64,000 bases of DNA, taken from contig CAWIGT010000001.1 of assembly GCA_963835845.1 (NCBI GenBank), positions 324,102 through 388,101 of the forward strand. The letters are read 5' to 3'. Shown one piece after another: positions 19,575 through 31,084 of this stretch. The translations under genes were made by a program, and so were the position numbers. Position 1 is the first letter of the stretch. Each line of letters opens with the position of its first letter. The DNA is from an uncultured Chloroflexia bacterium. Lineage in GTDB: Bacteria > Chloroflexota > Limnocylindria > Limnocylindrales > CSP1-4. Below the pieces are notes generated by a model. The model made no database searches and was not told where the DNA came from. It saw nothing but the letters and a program-made list of their open reading frames with translations.

Positions 19575-22500
19575 ATGACCCGTCGGGACCGCAGGACATC
19601 TCCGCGCGAAGTCGGCGCGCTGGAGCAGATTCCTGTCTGGTGGTCGCCGCCATCCGAAGACGAGCCCCCGGCCGTCCCCGAGGGAGTGGAGTCGCTTCTC
19701 GGCGGGCTCAACCCTGAGCAGAGGCGTGCCGTCTGCCACGGCGAAGGTCCACTCCTCGTCGTCGCCGGGGCCGGCACGGGCAAGACGCAGGTCATCACCC
19801 GGCGCATCGCCTGGTTGATTGCCACGCGCCGTGCGCGCCCGTCGGAGATTCTGGCTCTCACCTTCACGGACAAGGCCGCGGACGAGATGCAGACGCGAGT
19901 AGACCAGCTCGTCCCATATGGGTACACGGATGCGGCCGTGGCCACGTTCCATGCCTTCGGCGATCGACTGGTGCGCGAATTCGCCCTCGAGCTGGGCCTG
20001 CCGACGGACTTGCGGGTGCTGTCCCGGCCGGAAGTCGTCATCTTCCTGCGCGAGCGTCTCTTCGAGTTCGACCTGGATCAGTACCGGCCGCTCGGCGACC
20101 CGACCAGGTTCCTGGGCGCCCTGGCCACCCTCTTCAGCCGCTGCAAGGACGAGGACGTCAGCCCGCAGGCCTACCTCGAATTCGCGGCCGGCCTGATGGA
20201 AACGGCGGAGCGGGACGATAGGGACCCCGGGCCGACGACCGGGCCGACGACCGGGTCGACGACCGGGTCGAGTGCCGGCGCGGATGCCGCGACGGCCGCG
20301 ACTTCGGACGAGTCGGCCGAGGATCGGCTCGCCGCCCGACGCGAGGAGGCTCGACGCCAGACGGAGCTGGCCCGTGCCTACGACCGCTACCAGACGCTCC
20401 TGAGGCAGGCCGGCTTGATAGACTTCGGCGACCAGGTGAGCCTGGCGCTGCGCCTCCTGCGCGAGTCGCCGGCGGCCCGAGTGGAGCTTCAGCGTCGCTA
20501 CCGCTACATCCTCGTGGACGAATTTCAGGACACGAACCGCGCCCAGTCGGAGCTCGTAGAGCTGCTCGCCGCGACCCACGGCAACGTAACTGTGGTCGGG
20601 GACGACGACCAGTCCATCTACAAGTTCCGCGGCGCCGCGATCAGCAACATCCTGGAGTTCAAGCGGCGCCATCCCCGCGCCCGCCAGATCGTGCTGCGGC
20701 GCAACTATCGGTCGCATGCCCCAATCCTGGACGCGAGCTACCGCCTCATTCGCTTCAACGACCCGGACCGGCTGGAGGTCCGCAACGGCATCGACAAGCG
20801 GCTGGTCGCCGAGCGCGGCGGCACGGACCGGCTGGTCCGTCACCTGTCGTTCAACACTGGATCCGAGGAAGCGGACCAGATCGCTCGAGAGATCGGGGCG
20901 CGCATCGCCGCCGGGGCGGCTCCGCGTGACTTCGCGATCCTGGTCCGGGCAAATGCGGACGCGGACCCGGTGCTCCGAAGCCTCAACCTCGCGGGGGTCC
21001 CGTGGCGCTTCTCGGGCACGTCGGGGCTGTATGCCCGGCCGGAGATCAGGCTGCTGCTCGCATTTCTGCGGGCCGTGGCGGATCTGTCGGCCAGCGTGGA
21101 CGTATACGCACTGGCGGCTTCGGACCTGTACGGCATGGGCGGTCCGGATCTCACGGCCATCGTCAACAGCGCCCGCCGGCGCAACCGTTCTCTGTGGGAC
21201 GTGCTGGAAGAGCTGACCCGCCAGCCCGGTCTGCTCCGGCTGGCCGCGGACACCAGAGCCACTCTGGAGCGCCTGGTCGCGGATCTGAGGCGCTACACGG
21301 ACGTAGCCCACGAGCGGCCGGCCGGCGAGCTGCTGTACCAGTTCCTGCGCGACAGCGGCATGCTCGCGCGGCTGGCATCGACCGACTCGGTCGCCGCCGA
21401 GGAGTCCCTCCAGAACATCGCCCGGTTCTTCGAGATCATCAGGTCGCAGTCGGACCTGCTGCCCGACGACCGGGTCGTCTTCGTGGCCCGGCACCTGCAG
21501 ACGCTCATCGACGCGGGCGACGATCCGGCCACGGCGGAGGTGGACCCGGACGCAGAGGCGGTGGCGGTCCTTACGGTGCACAAGGCCAAGGGCCTCGAAT
21601 TCCCCGTGGTCTTCATGACAGGCCTGGTCGACGGCCGTTTCCCGGCCCGAACGCGGCGGGATCCGCTGGCACTCCCGGCGGAGCTGGTCCACGAGACGCT
21701 GCCCGAGGGCGACGCCCATGTCCAGGAGGAGAGGCGGCTGTTCTACGTCGGCATGACCCGGGCCCGCGACGAGTTGATTCTCGGCCACGCGGCCGATTAC
21801 GGCGGGCGCCGCGTACGCCGGGTCTCGCAATTCGTCCTGGAGGCCCTGGATCTGCCGGCGACCTCGGCGACCGGCGCCTCGATCGACGCCCGGGCTCACG
21901 CGCCGCTGGAACGCTTGGCGGCATTCGAGCCGAAGGTCCAACCGGTGGAACCGGACCGCGAGCCCGTGGATGGGCCGCTATCCCTGAGCTTCTACCAGGT
22001 GGACGACTACCTGACCTGCCCGCTCAAGTACAAATACGTCCACGTTCTGCGGGTGCCGATCGCCCCGCATCACGCCATCGTCTACGGCTCGGCGCTGCAT
22101 CAGGCCGTGCAGGAGTTCCACCGCCGCCAGGCCCGTGGTTACCTGATGAGTGAGGACGAGTTGCTGGCGGCGTTCGATCGCGCCTGGTCGAACGAAGGGT
22201 TCCTGACGCGCGAACACGAAGAAGCTCGCCTTGCTGCGGGCCGGGCCGCGTTGCGCAGGTTCCGAGAAGAGCAGCTCAAACCGGGTACGGTCGTCCCGGC
22301 GTACGTCGAGCGTGAGTTCAGCTTCAGCCTGGACGGCGACAGGATCCGGGGCCGGATGGACCGCGTCGACGTGGAACGGTTGCCGGAGGAGACGGCCGAG
22401 GGCCGGGAGGCGGTCACGCCGGTCGCGCGGGCGCACGGATCGGCCGGGCCCGGGGACGAGCAATTTGGCGATGCCATCGCGCCCGTGCTTCCGGGGCTGC

Positions 22501-22838
22501 ATCCGGAGAAGGTCACCATCACGGATTACAAGTCGAGCGACGTGCGCGATCCCGCACGAGCCCGCCAGCGCGCCCGCGAGTCTCTCCAGCTCCAGATCTA
22601 CGCCATGGCCTACCAGGCAGAGACTGGTCGCCTGCCTGACGCGCTGCAGCTCTGGTTCCTGGAGTCGGGCCTGGTAGGTCGCGTCGACGTGGATCGGAAG
22701 CGGCTGGACAAGGCGCGCGAGTCGATCCGGCAGGCCGCCGCGGGGATCCGTGCGCGCCGCTTCCAGGCTTCGCCGGATTACATAGCCTGCGGCTACTGTG
22801 CCTTCCGGGACATCTGCCCGGAGAGTGCCGCCAAATGA
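19575..22838 (+). CDS. UvrD/Rep-family helicase fused to PD-(D/E)xK nuclease (AdnB-like)
   Basis: AGAGTGKT, DEFQD, GDDDQSIY, TVHKAKGLEF, EERRLFYVGMTRA; nuclease GRMDRVD/DYK/QLQIY with CP...CGYC...C. Confidence 0.93.
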   Translation: MTRRDRRTSPREVGALEQIPVWWSPPSEDEPPAVPEGVESLLGGLNPEQRRAVCHGEGPLLVVAGAGTGKTQVITRRIAWLIATRRARPSEILALTFTDKAADEMQTRVDQLVPYGYTDAAVATFHAFGDRLVREFALELGLPTDLRVLSRPEVVIFLRERLFEFDLDQYRPLGDPTRFLGALATLFSRCKDEDVSPQAYLEFAAGLMETAERDDRDPGPTTGPTTGSTTGSSAGADAATAATSDESAEDRLAARREEARRQTELARAYDRYQTLLRQAGLIDFGDQVSLALRLLRESPAARVELQRRYRYILVDEFQDTNRAQSELVELLAATHGNVTVVGDDDQSIYKFRGAAISNILEFKRRHPRARQIVLRRNYRSHAPILDASYRLIRFNDPDRLEVRNGIDKRLVAERGGTDRLVRHLSFNTGSEEADQIAREIGARIAAGAAPRDFAILVRANADADPVLRSLNLAGVPWRFSGTSGLYARPEIRLLLAFLRAVADLSASVDVYALAASDLYGMGGPDLTAIVNSARRRNRSLWDVLEELTRQPGLLRLAADTRATLERLVADLRRYTDVAHERPAGELLYQFLRDSGMLARLASTDSVAAEESLQNIARFFEIIRSQSDLLPDDRVVFVARHLQTLIDAGDDPATAEVDPDAEAVAVLTVHKAKGLEFPVVFMTGLVDGRFPARTRRDPLALPAELVHETLPEGDAHVQEERRLFYVGMTRARDELILGHAADYGGRRVRRVSQFVLEALDLPATSATGASIDARAHAPLERLAAFEPKVQPVEPDREPVDGPLSLSFYQVDDYLTCPLKYKYVHVLRVPIAPHHAIVYGSALHQAVQEFHRRQARGYLMSEDELLAAFDRAWSNEGFLTREHEEARLAAGRAALRRFREEQLKPGTVVPAYVEREFSFSLDGDRIRGRMDRVDVERLPEETAEGREAVTPVARAHGSAGPGDEQFGDAIAPVLPGLHPEKVTITDYKSSDVRDPARARQRARESLQLQIYAMAYQAETGRLPDALQLWFLESGLVGRVDVDRKRLDKARESIRQAAAGIRARRFQASPDYIACGYCAFRDICPESAAK
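20227..20271 (+). repeat. In-frame 12-bp tandem repeat (about 3.75 copies) inside the helicase
   Basis: CCGGG(C/T)CGACGA units encoding GPTT/GSTT. Confidence 0.8.
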
Positions 22839-22848
22839 GCTCGGCCGA

Positions 22849-23652
22849 ATGACTGAGACCATCCGGGCCATCACCTTTGACTTCGGGAACACGCTGGTAC
22901 CGTTTCACGCCGCGTCGATGGCCGTCGTCGTTCGCGAGGAAGCACTACTCGCCGCCCGTCTTGTCGGCTGCTCGATCGAAGACTTCGAGGCGGCCTGGGC
23001 CGACGAACGCCGCCGCCAGTTCGCGGAAGACGTGCCCGAAGGACGCGAGGCCGACATGGACGTTCGCCTGGTCCGCGTGCTGGCCAGGTTGCGAGGCCAC
23101 CCGGTGCCTCCGATCGGGACGCGCTGGGACGACGTCGCCTTGAGCTCCTGGACCGACGCGGACGAGGTGGAAGCCATCCTTCGGACTTATGCCGATGCCT
23201 TCGTCCGGAATACGCCGGTGCCTTCGGAGGTCGCTCCCATGTTGCAGCGGCTGGCCGCCTCATATCCGCTGGCCATCATTTCGAACTGGCCGTTGTCACT
23301 TTCGCTGGATCGGTTCATCGAAGCGGCCGGGTGGAGCCGGTATTTCCGAGCCGTGGTGATCTCCCATCGCGTTGGTGCGATCAAGCCCAGCGCGGAGATC
23401 TTCGAGACCGCGGCGCGAGAACTCGGCGTGCCATCTGGCCCATCGATCTTGCACGTCGGCGACGACATGGGCGCCGACGTCTTCGGCGCGCACAACGTCG
23501 GCTGGAGCGCGGCCTGGGTGCGACACAAGCCAGAGGATTTGCCGCTTCCGGTGGCTCCTCCGGCTCCCGACGAACAGCCGGATCTCGTCATCGATTCGGT
23601 CCTGGACCTAGAGGCGGCCCTGAGGCTGGCTGGCCACTCGATGGCTAAGTAG
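22849..23652 (+). CDS. HAD-superfamily hydrolase
   Basis: FDFGNTL, IISN, KP, HVGDD...D motifs. Confidence 0.9.
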   Translation: MTETIRAITFDFGNTLVPFHAASMAVVVREEALLAARLVGCSIEDFEAAWADERRRQFAEDVPEGREADMDVRLVRVLARLRGHPVPPIGTRWDDVALSSWTDADEVEAILRTYADAFVRNTPVPSEVAPMLQRLAASYPLAIISNWPLSLSLDRFIEAAGWSRYFRAVVISHRVGAIKPSAEIFETAARELGVPSGPSILHVGDDMGADVFGAHNVGWSAAWVRHKPEDLPLPVAPPAPDEQPDLVIDSVLDLEAALRLAGHSMAK

Positions 23653-23661
23653 ACTGCGGAC

Positions 23662-24036
23662 GTGGGAGCGAACGATAGATTTGGCAACTGGCTGTTCATC
23701 GGCATGGCGGTCATTGCCTGGATCGTCGTGGCGCAGATCGTGACGACCACCTATCCACGTGAAAACGCCTCGATCGGGCTCACCGGCGCCGCGGCGATCG
23801 GCCTGGCCTGCGGGCTCACTTGTGTGCCGGTGTTCTGGCTGGTCCAGTTTGCCCGGCATCGCCGCATCGCCCTGCTGGGCGACTGGGGGCGGGCGATACG
23901 CCGCGGCGGCTGGGTGGCCGGCGTGATCACATTGTTCGTGGCGCTCCGAATCCAGGCCGTGTTGAGCCTGCCGATCGCCGTCTTCGTGGTCGTGCTGGTC
24001 CTCATGGCCGAGATCACGCTATCGATGGAACGCTAA
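23662..24036 (+). CDS. Hypothetical 4-TM membrane protein
   Basis: Four hydrophobic segments; TAGACT hexamer 6 nt upstream of the GTG. Confidence 0.8.
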   Translation: MGANDRFGNWLFIGMAVIAWIVVAQIVTTTYPRENASIGLTGAAAIGLACGLTCVPVFWLVQFARHRRIALLGDWGRAIRRGGWVAGVITLFVALRIQAVLSLPIAVFVVVLVLMAEITLSMER

Positions 24037-24176
24037 GCCAGCCACGGCCAGGCGGCCGCGCGCGTGCGCAAAAGAGCCGCGAGCTGCGACTTGCCGATAG
24101 CGCGAGTGGCGGCGAGCGCGGCCAATCGGGTCCAGATCGCCAGTACGGGAGGTACAGAACCGCTAGGCTGTACCCG

Positions 24177-24993
24177 ATGGCCGAGTCCGCACGCGACCCA
24201 AGAACTGCAGCGGCGCTGGCCCGGCTGTACGACCTGGACTTGACCGAGGATCCGGGCGATGTCGATCTCTATCTGGCCGCCGCGTCCCGGACGGGCGGAC
24301 CGATATTGGAGTTGGCGGCCGGGTCGGGACGAGTGGCGATTCCATTGATCGCGGCCGGCTACGAAGTCACGGCCGTGGATATCGATCCGGCTATGCTGGC
24401 GCGAGCGGCGGAAGCGGTTGCGGGTCTGGGTCGCGAGGCGGCCGCCCGGCTCCATCCGGTAGAGGCCGACCTGATCGATCTCAGCCTGCCCGACGGGGCG
24501 CGCTTCCGCCTGGCCATCCTGGCCCTGAATTCGCTACTCCTGCTCGAGACCCGTGCCGCTCAGGCGGCCGCCTTCGAGGCGATGGCGCGTCACCTCGAGC
24601 CCGGCGGATTGGCCCTGGTGGACGTCTGGCTCCCGAGCGCCGACGAGCTCGCCCGCTACGACGGCCGCCTGGGCCTCGAGTACGTGCGCACCGACCCGGA
24701 TACCGGATTGCTCGTCACCAAGACCGTGGCGGCGCAGCATGAGCCGGCAACCGGCCACGTGGTCCTGACGTCGATCTACGAGGAGGCCGCAGCAGGGCGG
24801 CATCGCCCGGCGCTGGGTTCGGGAGGATCGGCTCCGCCTGATCAACGCCGACGAACTGCAATCGATGGCCGAGGCGGCCGGTCTCGAAGTCGAGGTCGTG
24901 GCAGGCGATTACGAGCTCGATCCCGTGGGTCACCATGACGAACGGGCCATCCTGGTAGGGCGGAGGCGGGGGGGACCCGCCCCGCTAGATTGA
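24177..24993 (+). CDS. Class I SAM-dependent methyltransferase (frameshift near 24790)
   Basis: ILELAAGSGR, VDIDPAML, HLEPGG; C-terminus continues in another frame (AGLEVEVVAGDY). Confidence 0.85.
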
Positions 24994-25006
24994 TATAGTC
25001 GGCAGC

Positions 25007-26160
25007 GTGGCCAATCCCAGCACTATCCGACTGCTCGTCGCCGAAGACGTGCCGCAGGTCAGTCAGCACGTCCGTAACCTGCTGAGCGTCCAGTCGGCGG
25101 TCAAGCTGCTCGAAGTCCTGAACGACGGCTCGAAAGTGGTCGAGGCCGCCGAGCAGCTCCGGCCGGACGTCGTGATGGTCGACCTGCTGCTTCAGGGCAA
25201 GGTCAAGGGCCCGCAGCTCATCGAGAAGCTGCGCGACTCGGGCCTGGACATTCCGGTGGTCGTGCTGACCGTGCCGCAGCACCCGCTCGCCCGCGACCCG
25301 AACCGCGGCATCGACGCGGTCCTGACCCTGCCGTTCAGCGGCTTCGAGCTCGTCAACACCCTCGGCCACGTCCTCGCCGACCGCAAGGCGAGGGCCGCGG
25401 GCGCCTGCCGGGTCGTGGCCGGTCTTCTCGCCTAAGGGCGGCGTCGGCAAGACGACCATCGCCTTCAACCTGGCGGTGTCGCTCGGCCAGCTCGGGCGTG
25501 GCGACCGTCGCTGATCGACGGCAGCCTCCAGTACGGCGACCTGCGCGTCGCTCCTCAAGGTGCCCGAGCGACGTGCCGTCGATCCTCGACCTGCCCACCG
25601 ACCGGGTCCAGGAGTCGGACCTGCGCGACGTGCTGTGGCGCGACCCGTCCGGCATCGACATCCTGCTCGCCCCGCCGCGCGTCGAGATGGCCGAGATGGT
25701 CACGCGCCCGCGACGTCGAGAAGACGATCTCGATGCTGCGCCGCCTCTACGAGGCCATCGTCATCGACACGCCGACGACGCTTTCGGAGACGACACTGGC
25801 GTTCCTCGACTCCGCCGACGTGATCCTGTCCGATCGTGACGTACGACTCGACCACGATCCACAACACGATCGCCGTGGCCGAGGTCGTTCGCCTCGATCG
25901 GCTACCCGCCCGAGCAAGGTCGCACTACCTGATCAATCGGTCGGACTCGACCGGCGGCATCGGCCGGGACGAACTGGCTCGGGCGTTGGGTCGCCGGCCC
26001 GACTTCGAAGTCGTGTCGGACGGGCGTCTCGTGGTCGCAGGCCAACAACGAGGGCATGCCCTTCGTGGTCGCGAGCCCCGACGCGGCGATCAGCCGTGAC
26101 GTGCGGCGTGCCGCCCAGACCATCATGGGCCGCACGGCCGGCGCTCCGGTGAGAAACTGA
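25007..26160 (+). CDS. cpaE: Receiver + MinD/CpaE-like ATPase (pilus assembly CpaE family; several frameshifts)
   Basis: Receiver N-terminus, SPKGGVGKTT across a frameshift, LQYGD, ILLAPP, IVIDTP, LINR. Confidence 0.8.
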
Positions 26161-26163
26161 GGC

Positions 26164-27089
26164 GTGTCCGACCCGCGTCCCATCGGTGTATTCGACTCGG
26201 GCGTCGGCGGTCTGACCGTCCTGCGTGAGATCCTGCGCCGCCTGCCGTTCGAATCGACCGTCTACCTGGGCGACAACGCCCGGGCCCCGTACGGCATCCG
26301 GCCCGACGACGAGGTGCGCCGGTTCAGCATGCAGGCGCTGGACGAGCTGGTGCAGCGTGACGTCAAGGCGCTCGTCGTGGCCTGCAACACCTCCACCTCG
26401 GTCGCCCTGGGCGACTTCCGGCGCCGCTACGACTTGCCGGTGCTGGGCGTCGTCCGGCCCGGGCGCCGCGGCCGCGGCGCTGGCCACCCGGACCCGCCGG
26501 GTCGGGGTCATCGCCACTCCCGGCCACGGTCCGGTCGCGCGCCTACTTCAACGCGATCAAGGACGAGAACCCGGCCGTCGAGGTCTACGAGCACGCCACG
26601 CCCAGCCTCGTGCCGCTGGTGGAGGCCGGGCGGCTGAGCGGTCCCGACGTGGAGCGAGGCGGTCAGGCGGGCCGTCGCGCCGCTCCTGGGCGAGCGCGAC
26701 GCGGACGGCGAGTTCATCTTCCCGCTGCCGCCCTCCGCCCGCATCGACACGCTGCTGCTGGGCTGCACCCACTATCCGCTGCTCGCGGCGCCATGCTGCG
26801 GACTGCGTGGGGGAGCGCGTGGCCATCGTCGACTCGGCCACTGCCACGGCGTCGTCTCTTGCCGAGCTGCTGTCGGTCAACGGCCTCGAGGCTCCGGGCA
26901 CGACCCGCGGCACCGCCGCGGACGCCGGGATGGCCGGCCACGAGCCGCCGGGCGAGGCCGCGACGCAACCCGACTCACCGGCAGCTGACCACCGGCGACG
27001 TGGCCGCGTTCCGGGTCGTGGCCGAGCGGATGTTCGGCGACGAGTTCCCGGAGGTCGGCACGGTCGTGGAACTCGGAGGCCGGGCGTGA
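26164..27089 (+). CDS. murI: Glutamate racemase (frameshifts)
   Basis: IGVFDSGVGGLTV, DNARAPYG, VACNT, LLGCTHYP. Confidence 0.92.
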
Positions 27090-27091
27090 TC

Positions 27092-28361
27092 GTGAGCGGC
27101 CGGCCCGAACGCCGGCGACCGCTCGACCGGGGCGCACGACGTCGGTCGGCGGAGCCCGCGATGACGCGGCGATCGAGCTGGCGCCGTGACGCGTTCCTGC
27201 AGGCCGGATTCCTGGTCGGCGCAGCTCGCGGGCGCGGCCGCCACCGTCCTGGGCCGGCGAGCCGAGCGGTCGGCGCGGCGGCGGCCTGGTCGACTGGCAG
27301 GCGGCGGAGCGGCATGGCGGCGCGACCGCGTCCGCAACGGCCCGGGCACGCTCGATCCGCTCGGAGCTGCAGCGATGCCGCGCCGGTCTACGCCGCGGCG
27401 ATGGCCGAGATCGTGCCGGCCCTGAGGCCGGCCCTGGATACCGAGCTGCCGGGCATCGTCGAGCGCAGTGGCGTGGTCGGACCGGCGGAGTGGGTCCACG
27501 CCAACGTCGCGACCTTCGCGGCAGCTCATGGGCAAGGTCGAGGCGAGACCTGGTCGACGAGGTCGTGCCGCCGGGCGCCGGGCTCATCAAGGCGACCGAT
27601 GGCGATCGCCAATCGCGTGGTGACCACCCGACAGTTCGGGTATCTGCTCGGCTTCCTGGGCCAGCGTGTTCTCGGCCAGTACGACCTGGCCCTGCTGTCG
27701 GCCGAGACCGCGCCCGGGCCGGCTGCTCTTCGTGGACGAGAACATCCGCCGAACTGCGGCTGCGCTGGACGTGCCGCTTGAATCCGTTCCGAACCTGGAT
27801 CGCGCTCCACGAGACGACGCACGCCTTCGAGTTCGAGGCTCATCCGTGGCTCCGGCCCTACCTCGCCGAGTCGTCTCGAACGCCAGCTGACCTCCGCTCT
27901 CCGCGGCGACGTCGGCGCTGAGCGGCGCCGCGCTGGGCCGGCTGGGCCGGCCCTGCGCGGCGCGAACTCGGGCGAGCACTGGATGGAGGGGCTCATGAAC
28001 GCCGATGCAGCGCCGGGAGTTCCGCGAGATCCAGGCCGTGATGAGCCTGCTCGAAGGTTTCGGCGACTACATGATGGACGAGGTCGGGCGCGATCTCGTG
28101 CCCGAGGTCGGAGGCATCAGCGCCCGATTCCACGCACGCCGCGAACAGCGCACCAACTTCGAGCGGGCCATGATGCGGATCACCGGGATGGACCTCAAGA
28201 TGGAGCAGTACCGCAAGGGCGAGGAGTTCGTCGCGGCCATCGCCAGGGCCCGCGGGACCGAAGCACTGCATACGCTGTGGGACGGTCCGGAGACGCTGCC
28301 GTCACCGGAGGAGATAGACAGTCCGTCAGGTTGGTTGGCACGGGTACTGCCCAGGCCCTGA
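27092..28361 (+). CDS. Zinc-dependent metalloprotease (Zincin_2/DUF2342 type; frameshifts, start uncertain)
   Basis: VLGQYD, IALHETTHAFEF, MSLLEGFGDYMMD, KMEQYRKGEEF, LPSPEEI. Confidence 0.85.
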
Positions 28362-28388
28362 TCGAGCCACGTAGCACAGGGGACGCAC

Positions 28389-29419
28389 ATGACAACTGAG
28401 GGCCCCGGAACTGTGGGACCCGGACACGGAGTGGGCGGCGCGCCCGTGGCAATCGCCATCAGCCCCGTGCTCACCGGCCGCAATGCCTTCGCTACGATGC
28501 GCGAGAAGATCCTCGAGGCTGCGCCCGGCGCCAGGCTGATCCCCGTGAGCGCGGACGGCGTCGCCGACGAACCGCTGGACGAGGTCGAGGTGCTGCTGCG
28601 GGGCTGGTCGTTGGGCGGCGATTCGCTCGACCGGCTCGTCGGCCGAGCCCCCAAGCTGCGCTGGATCCACTCGGTGTCGGTCGGCGTTGAGGCCGTTCTG
28701 ACTCCGTGCGTCAGCCTGCGCGGCCTGACAGTCACCAACGGCCGGGGCGTCTTCGATCAGCCGATCGCCGAGTACGTCATGACGATGATCCTGGCCCTCT
28801 GCCGGCGGCTGCCTCAGCTCCTCGAGCTGCAGCGCGAACGGACCTGGCAGCCGATCGAGGCCCGGAGCTCTCCGCAACCACTATCGGGCTCGTCGGCCTG
28901 GGCGGCATCGGCTGCGAAGTCGCGGATCTGGCCAGGCCTTTCGGACCGCGAGTAGTGGCGATCCGACGCCGTCCGAACGCGGGTCACGTGGAAGGGGTCG
29001 AGGTTCTGGGCGGCCTGGATGCATTGCCGGACCTGCTGGCGGTTTCCGACTTCGTGGTTCTCGCACTGCCCCTTACCGGCCAGACCGAGGCGCTCATCAA
29101 CGACGGCAGCCTGGCGGCGGCCAAGCCCGGCTCCTGGCTCATCAACGTCGCCCGCGGCGGCCTGGTCGACGAGCTGGCGCTCCTGCGGGCGCTGCGGTCG
29201 GGGCCGGTCGGCGGAGCGGTGCTGGACACGTTCCGTGAAGAGCCGCTCCCGGAGACGTCGCCGTTCTACCGGCTGTCCAACTGCATAGTCACGCCGCACA
29301 CGAGCTGGTCGAGCGCCGCGGTCCTCGATCGAACGCTCGATGTCTTCTGCGACAACCTGCGCCTGTATCGCTCCGGCGAGCCGCTGCAGAACTTGGTCGA
29401 TCCGGCCGCCGGCTACTGA
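28389..29419 (+). CDS. D-2-hydroxyacid dehydrogenase (frameshift near 28865)
   Basis: TNGRG, IAEY, GLGGIG, INVARG, EEPLP, TPHTS. Confidence 0.9.
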
Positions 29420-29534
29420 CGATCCAAGGCGGCTGCCGGGAGCGCTGCTCCGCCCCGGTGCCGCGTCCGCGCCCGAAGGCACTCGGCTAGCATGTGTGCG
29501 GCGCGACCGCGCCCTACCGAGGAGAGCGTCAGCC

Positions 29535-30647
29535 ATGCAGATCGCCATCGTCGGGCTCGCAGGCTCGGGGAAGACGACCGTCTTCAACACGCTCACCCGT
29601 GGCCATGCCCAGACCGGCGGGTACGGTGGCATGGAGCTGAACGTCGGCGACGTCAAGGTCCCGGACGACCGGCTGGACAGGCTGGCCGAGATCTTCAAGC
29701 CCAAGAAGATCGTCCATGCGGACGTGACCTACTTCGACCTGCCCGGCTCCGCCGGCATCGACCGAGGGCCGGGTCGGGACCGAGGAACTGCCGGCCGACC
29801 AGCTGGCCCGGCTGCGCGAAGCCGGACGCCCTGCTCCACGTCGTCCGCGCGTTCGAGGATCCGGCCGTGCCGCATCCCGACGGCTCGGTCGACCCCTGGC
29901 GCGACCTCGAGCGGCTCGACCTCGAGTTCATCCTGGCCGACCTCGCGGTGATGGAGAAGCGCCTCGAGCGGCTCAAGGCCGCGGGCCACCACGGGACGCC
30001 GGCCGAGCGGGAGGCGAACGATCGCGAGCTGGCAATTGCTGGAGCGGCTCCACGGCCCGCTGGCCGAAGGACAGCCCGATCCGCGACGAATCGCTCGACG
30101 TCGGACGAGGAGAAGTCGATCCGCGGATTCCGCTTCCTTACGCAGAAGCCGGTTCTCGTCCTGCTCAACGTGGGCGAGGCGCGACCTGCCGCGTGAGGCC
30201 GAAATCGTGGCCGGCATCGCCGAGCGCTACCGTCACGAGCGAACGCTGATCGATGCCCTGTCGGCCAAGATCGAGATGGAGCTGGGCGAGCTCGAGCCGG
30301 ACGAGGCGGCCGTCTTCATGGAGGAGCTGGGCCTGCACGGAGTCCAGCCTGGACCGCGTGATCCGGCTGTCAGCTATCGACTGCTCGGCCTGATCTCGTT
30401 CCTGACCGCCGGGCCGGACGAGGTGCGCGCCTGGCCGATCCCCGACGGCTCGACGCAGTTGATGCGGCGGGGGCGATCCACACGGATCTCGCGCGTGGGT
30501 TCATCCGTGCCGAGGTCGTGCCCTACGAGGACCTCGTGCGAACTGGGGTCCATGGCGGAGGCGCGCAAGCACGGCAAGCTGCGCTCGGAGGGCAAGACGT
30601 ACGCGGTCAAGGACGGCGACGTCATCGAGATCCTGTTCAGCCGGTAG
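29535..30647 (+). CDS. ychF: Ribosome-binding ATPase YchF (frameshifts)
   Basis: [56 protein letters not shown]. Confidence 0.92.
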
Positions 30648-30710
30648 CGACGCGACGGCAATTCAACGCCTGGGTGCGGCGAAGGCCGCTCCGACGCCGG
30701 TCGGACGGGC

Positions 30711-31064
30711 TCAGTTCGGCCGGTTGCGATCGTTCGGCATATCGACAAAGAGGCCGCGATAGTCGAACTCGTCGTCGTCTTCCTCGTCCGAGTCGGTCGA
30801 GGCGAGGTAGTTGTCGTCGTCCAACTTTGAGACGTTGACCGAAGCCGTCAGTCGATCGTCCGAGATGGCTACGAAGCCGTGGTCCTTCTCGAGTTCGTCG
30901 GCGATGGCCTCGATCAGGGTGTCCTCCTCGAACGAGTCCTGGATGCGGACCCGGATCGACTGGACCAGCTCGAAGAAGGAGTCGGCGCCCATTTCCTCCT
31001 CGCGGACAAGGAGCACGTCGGCGAAGATGTCGTCGTCGCCCTCGCGAAGCTCGTAGAAGAACAC
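30711..31064 (-). CDS. Highly acidic hypothetical protein
   Basis: GTG start with AGGAG SD; about 30% Asp/Glu; TATACT -10 at 31102-31107 (minus). Confidence 0.8.
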   Translation of the reverse strand: MFFYELREGDDDIFADVLLVREEEMGADSFFELVQSIRVRIQDSFEEDTLIEAIADELEKDHGFVAISDDRLTASVNVSKLDDDNYLASTDSDEEDDDEFDYRGLFVDMPNDRNRPN

Positions 31065-31084
31065 GTCGAAACTCCTGGAGAAAG

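Noticed and set aside
21980-22838. Cas4-like nuclease suggesting a CRISPR or defence locus
   Set aside because: It is the C-terminal domain of the UvrD fusion in a housekeeping context
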